The notes below the pieces were generated by a model, which worked only from the letters and a program-made list of their open reading frames with translations, ran no database searches and was not told the origin of the DNA. A DNA stretch of 11,518 nt from Caldisericaceae bacterium (GTDB lineage: Bacteria > Caldisericota > Caldisericia > Caldisericales > Caldisericaceae): positions 1 through 11,518 of the forward strand of contig JBMFRX010000024.1 in NCBI GenBank assembly GCA_049967855.1, in the 5' to 3' direction. Shown here piece by piece: positions 1 to 6,544 of this stretch; positions within the stretch are counted from its first letter, which is position 1, and the number at the start of each line of letters is the position of its first letter. The position numbers were made by a program, and so were the translations under genes.

Positions 1-847
1 TCCCACTAGAGGTTGTAACTAAAATATCACCATTCCTCAACAATTTTGAACCTACATATTTTAAATTAACTTTACGAGTCGCAATATCATCAAAAAGCAT
101 TTTACCATCTTTAATGTTATTAGATCTAAGCACAGGATAACAGTTCTCAGAGCCATCAGGTTCGTCTCCCCAAATGCCTGAATCATATTGGCACACTTCG
201 CCGAGATTCTTTCTTTCCCATTTTTGGGCTTCGGGGCTTTCGAAAACTTCACGAAGGTATGCTGAAGGCAAGAATTTGGCTGCTTCAAGTTGCTTTTCGC
301 AGGAAGACCTTGCCTCATTGATATCATCCATCAGCATTTTCAGTTTTTCAGCAATCCGCTTTTGCAAAGAAAGAGGAGGAAGAGGGATAATTAATGATTT
401 AAACTCTTCAGCATTTATATTTGGCTGAGAGACTGTATGTTTTTTCTCTTCAACAAATGCGAAATACCCTGGAGAATGAGTGTAGTAAAACAAATAATAA
501 GGATCAATAAGCGTTCTTTTTGGAACAAATCTTATTAAATATGAAGCGAAAATTGACTTTGGTGGGTTACCTGTATATAAAAAAGTCCTACCTATTGAAC
601 CAGTTCTTGCAAAAAGAATGTCACCTTCCTTAAGTCCGTATCTTTTAAGTGTTTCCTCACCACAACTCACATATTTCATACTTTCCGTACTAATATTTCC
701 AAAATCGTCGATATCTGTTATTCTTATTAATGGAAAACCACTATCAGAAATAAATTCTGAAACAGTTAATCCATATTGACTGTATTCACACACTTCGCCG
801 AGCTTCACCCATTTCCACCCTGCAGGAAGGTCTTGCCTATTTTCCAT
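1..847 (-). CDS. hsdS: Type I restriction-modification specificity subunit (partial, 3' end beyond window start)
   Basis: Not in the ORF track. Manual translation from ATG 847 (RBS AAGGAG 853-858) is open to the window edge: MENRQDLPAGWKWVKLGEVC...GDILFARTGSIG...QPNINAEEFKSLIIPLPPLSLQKRIAEKL...LREVF...WERKNLGEVC...GDILVTTSSG. This shows the typical HsdS conserved regions (LPxGW, LGEV, IPLPPL..Q..I) flanking TRD1 and the start of TRD2. Confidence 0.95.
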   Translation of the reverse strand, partial: MENRQDLPAGWKWVKLGEVCEYSQYGLTVSEFISDSGFPLIRITDIDDFGNISTESMKYVSCGEETLKRYGLKEGDILFARTGSIGRTFLYTGNPPKSIFASYLIRFVPKRTLIDPYYLFYYTHSPGYFAFVEEKKHTVSQPNINAEEFKSLIIPLPPLSLQKRIAEKLKMLMDDINEARSSCEKQLEAAKFLPSAYLREVFESPEAQKWERKNLGEVCQYDSGIWGDEPDGSENCYPVLRSNNIKDGKMLFDDIATRKVNLKYVGSKLLRNGDILVTTSSG

Positions 848-903
848 CTATTCTCCTTTTATTTATAATTTTTGTTGACTTCCAGAAATCAAATACGTTA
901 ACT

Positions 904-997
904 CAATATGCGCCATTTTATGCGCCAAATTTTAGACTTATGCGCCATGCTAATATAAGCCACTATATGCGCCAAGAATTTCATATATGCGCCATGG
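904..997. repeat. Array of TATGCGCCA 9-mers (5 perfect, 1 degenerate) arranged as two 47-bp tandem units
   Basis: Perfect copies start at 907, 919, 939, 966 and 986; degenerate TATAAGCCA starts at 954. Start-to-start spacing is 12-20-15-12-20. Segments 904-950 and 951-997 align without gaps at 34/47 identity. Confidence 0.92.
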
Positions 998-2473
998 TTA
1001 GAGTGCTTCATATTTTGCACCTTTACCAGTGCCCACTGCTCTTGCTTGTCCACATTCAACTAATTTTGAGAGATCTCTAAGAGAAGTTCTTCTTGAGACA
1101 TTAAAAATCTGCTGATAAATCGAATTTGTCATCACTTTCCCTTCATTCACCATCATTCTCAAGGCTTCTATTTGCCTTTCATTGAGCCCAAGCTTTCTTA
1201 AATCTATTTGCCTCTCTTCTGGAATATCTGGTACTAAATCAAGGATTTTATCACCAGGACCATAAAAAGTCACTAGGAAGAAATTTCCAGGCTCGCTAAA
1301 TTCTGGTGGCTTTAAGCCATGGTTCACCATTTTGGTTTTCATCTTGCCAATACCCGTGCCGAATTTTTCCATATCCGCGGTTTCGTGGAATATTTCGCAA
1401 ATTTTCCTATTCCTTGTTTCATGAGTACCTTCAAGATTTTTAATATCCAGACGAGGAAGAAGCCCTCCAGGGCTTCTAACTTCTATTCTATTGTCAAAGA
1501 TGTCTATCTGAACATTTGCACCTGCCCTGTAGTAACTTCTGTGGGCAAGAGCGTTGATAACAGCCTCTCTTATTGCTTCAATGGGATACTCAGGAATATC
1601 AACTCTTTTGAATTCAACAATTTTACTTGCTAATCTTGTGTTTCTTTTGAAGAAAACTTCAAACTCATCAATCATTTTGTAAAATGGTCCAAAAATTTCC
1701 CTTGAGTCTATAAACTCAATTCTCGTGTTCCCTCTGAAGCGAGCCATTTTAATGCTGCTTTGAGAAATAAAATCCTGAGGATTATCAGAGAAAAATAATA
1801 TTGCTGCATTGGTTGGCTTAAGCAAACTATCTTCCTCTTTTACAACCTTCAGTGTTTTTAAAAGAAAATCTTTAACAGATATTTTGGGAATATCGACTTT
1901 TCGTTTTATCGCTCTATTTTTTAAAAAATCAATTACAAGCTCTTCGTTTATATCGTTATAGGTTGCGTCCTTGCAAATTGCTGTATCGAATGGAGAGTTT
2001 ATTACTAAGTCTTTTTCGGTAAGGAATTCTAGAAGACTGCTATTGACTTCGTCTTTCAAATCTTGAATATCTTTAAAACTCTTGAAGACAAAACCTGATT
2101 TTGGGTCTTTGATTCTATTTATAAGGTTTGTTACCTTTTCATCTCTTTCTGTGCTATCCCCGTTTTTTACATATGTTAGGATACACAGTTTTTTCTCCAC
2201 TGCTTTGGAAAATTCCCTTTCTATCGCGGAAGTACCATCAGAGCCGATATTCCCATAATCTTTACCCAGTATTAATATGAAAATGTCACTTTTAGAAACC
2301 TCTTTAAGATAAACTTTTTCAGAAGCTTCGCTTTTTGCATGCAAGTCTTCGAAAATGAAAACTTCAAAATACATACTCAGCAATTTGTCTTTTTCAATAA
2401 ACTCCTTTAATGCAGCTCTCTCTTTTTTGAATTCACTTTGAACACTGCTTATAAAAATATTGAACGGTTTCAT
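998..2473 (-). CDS. DUF4062 (TIR-like) domain + HATPase_c_4 ('RecG C-terminal' GHKL-like ATP-binding) domain + C-terminal winged HTH protein, ~491 aa
   Basis: N-terminal IFISSVQSEFKKER...SDIFILILGKDYG...SAIEREF..A fits DUF4062. The middle, EYPIEAIREAVINALAHRSY...IFDNRIEVRSPGGL...RNRKI...MEKFGTGIGKM, fits HATPase_c_4. C-terminal LNERQIEAL...VSRRTSLRDLSKLV...GTGKGAKY fits a wHTH. Start moved from TTG 2491 to ATG 2473, which has GAGGTG at 2481-2486. Confidence 0.85.
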   Translation of the reverse strand: MKPFNIFISSVQSEFKKERAALKEFIEKDKLLSMYFEVFIFEDLHAKSEASEKVYLKEVSKSDIFILILGKDYGNIGSDGTSAIEREFSKAVEKKLCILTYVKNGDSTERDEKVTNLINRIKDPKSGFVFKSFKDIQDLKDEVNSSLLEFLTEKDLVINSPFDTAICKDATYNDINEELVIDFLKNRAIKRKVDIPKISVKDFLLKTLKVVKEEDSLLKPTNAAILFFSDNPQDFISQSSIKMARFRGNTRIEFIDSREIFGPFYKMIDEFEVFFKRNTRLASKIVEFKRVDIPEYPIEAIREAVINALAHRSYYRAGANVQIDIFDNRIEVRSPGGLLPRLDIKNLEGTHETRNRKICEIFHETADMEKFGTGIGKMKTKMVNHGLKPPEFSEPGNFFLVTFYGPGDKILDLVPDIPEERQIDLRKLGLNERQIEALRMMVNEGKVMTNSIYQQIFNVSRRTSLRDLSKLVECGQARAVGTGKGAKYEAL

Positions 2474-2533
2474 TCTAGTGCACCTCTTCAAATAGTTTGC
2501 AAAATTCCAAATTGGTATTCTCTAATGGCATTT

Positions 2534-4861
2534 CTATGCTGCAAACAACCTTCGTTTAACTTCATAGATGATATTCTTTGGGTCTCCAAGCATTTTTAGA
2601 GACTCAAGTCCACCTGCTCTGCTAACTTCTGGCGTATCAAAAACATTTCGGTTTTCTAATTCTTCGGTGCCACCTTTTTCAAACTGCTTTGCAAGCGCTA
2701 AAAGAGTTGCTCTTGCTTCTTTTGGAAGGGAATTAAACCATTCACTGAATTTATATTCCAGAGCTGACACTCGTTCCTTTCTGCTTTTCGGAGCAATGCC
2801 GAACGCAATTTCTGCAAGAATATCATACAAATCATAATCGTATAATCCTAATAATTCTTGAAGCATTTTTACGCCAGCGGCACCGTTTGGAAGAAATTCA
2901 AGAAGAGCTTTTCTTTTCTGCGGATCAATCCAGAAATCCTGCAGTTCGCTAAAACTCCCAACCTCCTCACGCACTTTTGAAGCAATTGCTTGTTTATATT
3001 CCTCTACGGTAACTTTTCCAAGTTTTCCGTTAACATCTGTAACAATATATGTTCCAGCAGGATTTATATGGACATCAAAACCTTCCACTCTGATTATTTT
3101 TTCTTTTCTTTCTCCACTGTCTTCTCCTTCTTTGGAAGGAGAATTTCTTGTTACGAAGTCCTCTCCTAACAGGCGGGAAGCGTTTGTATAGTCGTAAGCC
3201 CTGAACATAAGTTTGTTAGTTGGGGCATAAACTCTTGAACCTCTGCCAAGCATCTGGTGAAAAGCAATAGGTGAGTTAACATACTTGAAAAACACAACAT
3301 TCTGAAGAATTGGAACATCAACACCTGTTGTAATCAAGTCAACTGTAGTTGCAATGAAATGGCTGCGTTCAGAACCACGAAGGTCTGAAATATACTGGCT
3401 ACCGCCAACAGATGCAGTGCACTTGAATGCGTATGGTTCAACTCTCTTCTCACCATTTTCAGAGCACCAGCTTGCATACAGATTATTCATTTCATTTGCT
3501 ACTTCATCAGCATGACAATCTCTTACGCAGAATATAACAGTTTTTTGATAAGGACCGCCTGTGTTTAAGAACATTTCAAAAAGATCCTTACACATTGCCT
3601 TAACTCTATCTGGAAGCTGGATAATAGACTCAAAACTTGGTGCTTCGTATTTTTCCCTTGTCTCATCATCTGAAATAATTTCACCTGTTGTTGCATCTCT
3701 TATTGGAAGTTGCTCGAAGTCTCTTTTTGTGATGCCTGTTAAATCAAGGTTTATTTCGCGCCTTACAATTTCACAGGCTGGGAGATATCCATCCTCTATT
3801 CCCTGAGACATTGGATACTCATAAACTGGCTCTCCGAAATAACGAATATTATCTTCTGTAATTTGCTCGTCTTCTTTCCTTTCATCTGGACTGCCTCCCT
3901 TGAAGTGACGAGGGGTCGCAGTAAGACCAACTTGAATTGCTTCTGGATTATTAGTGAGAACGATGCTCCATTTTCCCCATGCACTCCGGTGGCATTCATC
4001 AATTACAATGTGGCTAAAATAATTTTTCGGATAATTTTCAAGGAAAAACTTCGCATCTTCCTCTTCTCTTGCAACATTTAAAGTCTGATAAGTTGCAATA
4101 AGTATCCTTGCGTTCTTTTGAGGATTTGAAGAAGATACCTCTGCTGCATCTGCACCAAATACATTCTGAAAAGCACCTAATGCCTGTGTTCTCAACTCAT
4201 CTCTATCGCAAAGAAATAAAGCCCTGCGCAATTGTCCTGCATCGCCTATTTTTTTGAGGAGTTGAACTGCAATAAAAGTTTTACCTGAGCCAGTTGCAAG
4301 ATAAAGAAGAGCTCTTTTTTTACCTGACGCAATATGCTCAAGGACAGCCCTTATCGCCGCGTCCTGATAGTAGCGCCTGCTTGCTTCACCTCTTGCATAT
4401 GGAACAAGCAATGGTTTGGCTGCTTCGCTTTCCAAGGAGAAACCTAACCTGTATTCGATTTTCCTCCTTAACTCTTCAACCGTAGGGAATTCAATCATTG
4501 CTTTGGGTTCTGAGGTTATACCGCTGAAAGAATCATACTCTACGAATAAGTGTCCGTTGGAAGAATACACAAAGTGAACTTGATTTAAACGCGCATACTT
4601 TTTTGCCTGTTCTAAACCCTTTGTCGGTAACTCATTTTCCTTCTTTGCCTCTATCAAGGCAACTGCCAAAGGCTGAGTGGTTGCACTAACCTTGACTCGC
4701 AAAAGATAGTCAATTCTACCAGTTTCTTTCCTTGCAGGTTTGCCGTTTAGTATTACTATTCCTTTTTCAGTTTCCTCACGAGATATCAAATCTTCAGTCC
4801 ATCCCTTTTGATGAAGGATTGGATCTATTAGTTTTGCTCTTGTATCGGCTTCGTTAAGCAA
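2534..4861 (-). CDS. hsdR: Type I restriction enzyme R subunit, EcoEI/EcoAI-like, ~775 aa
   Basis: N-terminal NEADTRAKLIDP; nuclease motifs IDYLL...IEAKK...QAKKY; SF2 motifs RYYQ, ATGSGKT, DECHRS, TATP, TTGVD and QMLGRGSR; EcoEI_R_C-like tail (YDLYDILAEIAFG). Likely start is TTG 4861 with GGAGG at 4871-4875, rather than 4933. Confidence 0.93.
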   Translation of the reverse strand: MLNEADTRAKLIDPILHQKGWTEDLISREETEKGIVILNGKPARKETGRIDYLLRVKVSATTQPLAVALIEAKKENELPTKGLEQAKKYARLNQVHFVYSSNGHLFVEYDSFSGITSEPKAMIEFPTVEELRRKIEYRLGFSLESEAAKPLLVPYARGEASRRYYQDAAIRAVLEHIASGKKRALLYLATGSGKTFIAVQLLKKIGDAGQLRRALFLCDRDELRTQALGAFQNVFGADAAEVSSSNPQKNARILIATYQTLNVAREEEDAKFFLENYPKNYFSHIVIDECHRSAWGKWSIVLTNNPEAIQVGLTATPRHFKGGSPDERKEDEQITEDNIRYFGEPVYEYPMSQGIEDGYLPACEIVRREINLDLTGITKRDFEQLPIRDATTGEIISDDETREKYEAPSFESIIQLPDRVKAMCKDLFEMFLNTGGPYQKTVIFCVRDCHADEVANEMNNLYASWCSENGEKRVEPYAFKCTASVGGSQYISDLRGSERSHFIATTVDLITTGVDVPILQNVVFFKYVNSPIAFHQMLGRGSRVYAPTNKLMFRAYDYTNASRLLGEDFVTRNSPSKEGEDSGERKEKIIRVEGFDVHINPAGTYIVTDVNGKLGKVTVEEYKQAIASKVREEVGSFSELQDFWIDPQKRKALLEFLPNGAAGVKMLQELLGLYDYDLYDILAEIAFGIAPKSRKERVSALEYKFSEWFNSLPKEARATLLALAKQFEKGGTEELENRNVFDTPEVSRAGGLESLKMLGDPKNIIYEVKRRLFAA

Positions 4862-4964
4862 GATTAGTGGCCTCCAAAAAATTATCCATATTGCCGCGCA
4901 GGATGTCCGCAGCTTTGTAAAGATAGTCTTCAAGTTGCCTGAGTGTAATCTTTTCTCCGTTCAT
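4854..4964 (-). pseudogene. hsdM: Truncated Type I methyltransferase N-terminal remnant (36 aa)
   Basis: ATG 4964 to TAA 4854 reads MNGEKITLRQLEDYLYKAADILRGNMDNFLEATNLA*. The first 27 aa match the HsdM N-terminal pattern (L..LE..L[WY].AADILRG.MD), after which similarity stops. A G-rich RBS-like GGGGGG lies at 4968-4973. Confidence 0.8.
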
Positions 4965-5002
4965 TAGCCCCCCATTATAAAGAATAAGTACCTTTCAAGG
5001 AT

Positions 5003-5030
5003 ATTCTATTACTTTAGGGGCAAATTGCAA
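5003..5030 (-). promoter_or_regulatory. Putative sigma70 promoter of the hsd operon
   Basis: Minus strand TTGCAA (5025-5030) - 16 bp - TAGAAT (5003-5008). A second TATAAT lies at 4974-4979. Confidence 0.5.
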
Positions 5031-5116
5031 GATTTTCAAGGCATTTGTTTGGTTACCAATAGTGCGACCACATAAAGAAGTAATAAAGTTGATTTTAGAG
5101 AAAAGATAGGTTGTAA

Positions 5117-6253
5117 TTATGCAGCAAATATATCTCTTCCCTTGAATAGAAAAAGATACAGCGATATCAGGATGATTGCAATTGACAACAGAAAATCAGC
5201 TTTCACGTTAAAGATGGATACTATTAAAGCACCGAGGAGTGGTGCGTATATGCCACGAATCCCACAAGTGAAAAGATGGAGCGAAGACAAATCCTCGGTT
5301 CTGTAATCAGAATTACTAATCGAGAATGTCTGCCAGAAAAATGATATAGAGGACTCTCCTATGCCACAGAAAACGTTTGCAAGAATCATAGTCAGATAAT
5401 TAGGGAATAGTGCATATATCAATGCCATTCCAATGATGCTTGCTATACCAATTGTAAAAGTAGTATAGAGGCGGGATATGTTTTTCACATAGTGTGACCA
5501 AATTTCTATACCAAGTATGTAAGAAACGCTGTTGATTGCAAGTAGCACGCCTATCTTTGAATCTGAAAGGTTGAGAATATTCACTTCCAAAATTGGGACC
5601 GCAGGCAATATCATAAGCATGCCTGTGCCGGCTACCATGAAAATTAGAACGAGCCTCATTATATTGGAATCTTCTTTTATTATCGTAATTACGTTTGTTT
5701 TTTCTAAATCATTAGAATAAGGCTTAGGATTGGTTCTAAGAATGATAATCCCCGCAATTAACAATGCAGCTGTCGCCATTAGAAAAGTAGCCTTGTAACC
5801 CCAAAATCCCATAATAAGCCCTGAAAATGCAACGATAAGTGTGTATGAAGTGCTACGGAATTCATCAAAGCGTGCCATCACGTTTACTGCCAAACCCAGA
5901 TAAAGTAAATCAATCAGCGCTGGGTAAAGAACATCCCATGCCCCGAATAATACGAAATAAGCAATTACAAGGAATGAAAAAGGCAAAGGTGTTTTCACAA
6001 AAGAAAGAGCCGAAATTATTATTGAAGCTACGAATATTGCAATCGAAAGTGCTTTGTTAATTGTAATCTTCTCAGTTAGATAGGACCAAAAAGGGGCAAA
6101 AATATTACCAAGATAAGGGCTGCTTGATATTAGGCCAATCAATATAGGTGTTGCCCCAAGACGTGCAGCTACGACTGTAAAGAATGCTGATGCCAAACCC
6201 TGAGTTAGCCCAATATTAATTGGCACTACTGCGTCGGATTTCTTAAAAGTCAT
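5117..6253 (-). CDS. MFS transporter
   Basis: 378 aa with roughly 12 hydrophobic segments in two halves; MFS-like LGATPILIGLISS and GIYAPLLGALI. ATGA overlap with the upstream 90-aa gene. Confidence 0.85.
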   Translation of the reverse strand: MTFKKSDAVVPINIGLTQGLASAFFTVVAARLGATPILIGLISSSPYLGNIFAPFWSYLTEKITINKALSIAIFVASIIISALSFVKTPLPFSFLVIAYFVLFGAWDVLYPALIDLLYLGLAVNVMARFDEFRSTSYTLIVAFSGLIMGFWGYKATFLMATAALLIAGIIILRTNPKPYSNDLEKTNVITIIKEDSNIMRLVLIFMVAGTGMLMILPAVPILEVNILNLSDSKIGVLLAINSVSYILGIEIWSHYVKNISRLYTTFTIGIASIIGMALIYALFPNYLTMILANVFCGIGESSISFFWQTFSISNSDYRTEDLSSLHLFTCGIRGIYAPLLGALIVSIFNVKADFLLSIAIILISLYLFLFKGRDIFAA

Positions 6254-6522
6254 TTTTCAATCATAAGCACGCCAACAAACTTTCCTTCATAGGATAATTC
6301 AGTTTTGAGTCCAAAAGGGCCACTCCAGTATCGCATCACTTTGGTTTCTTCAATTGGTATTTTGGTGAGCAGGTAGCCAACTTTGCTTCCATTGTACCTC
6401 AGAATGATTTTGCTGCCCTTATCAACCAGCTCTACTTTCTTGAGGATTTGGATTACGCAAGGTTCCAGCTTTTCAGTCGTTATAGGATTTGCAAACAAAC
6501 TCTTAACGCATTCCTCATCCAT
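6250..6522 (-). CDS. Hypothetical protein (90 aa)
   Basis: Strong RBS (AAGGAGGGG) upstream, ATGA-coupled to the MFS gene, 22 bp after the oxidoreductase stop. No family recognised. Confidence 0.75.
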   Translation of the reverse strand: MDEECVKSLFANPITTEKLEPCVIQILKKVELVDKGSKIILRYNGSKVGYLLTKIPIEETKVMRYWSGPFGLKTELSYEGKFVGVLMIEK

Positions 6523-6544
6523 TTTGCCCCCTCCTTTTATTTTT

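Noticed and set aside
61..428. ORF-track entries 61..327 (-) and 174..428 (+)
   Set aside because: Alternate-frame and antisense shadows of hsdS, which has clear family motifs in another frame.
904..997. Repeat array as a mini-CRISPR
   Set aside because: Repeats are 9 bp with 3-11 bp gaps, far below CRISPR repeat and spacer sizes, and no cas genes are present.
998..2473. Calling this gene recG helicase
   Set aside because: No SF2 helicase motifs; the 'RecG C-terminal' label refers to the HATPase_c_4 domain only.
2474..2491. TTG 2491 start for the DUF4062 gene
   Set aside because: This stretch contains the SD for ATG 2473, which lies directly before the domain start IFISS.
4862..4933. Extended hsdR N-terminus from TTG 4933 (MKTIFTKLRTSCAAIWIIFWRPLI)
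   Set aside because: It lacks an RBS and overlaps the hsdM stub in another frame. HsdR similarity starts at LNEADTR, where TTG 4861 has a GGAGG.
5049..5059. Palindrome TTGGT-T-ACCAA upstream of the hsd promoter
   Set aside because: Only 5-bp arms and a single copy; expected by chance.
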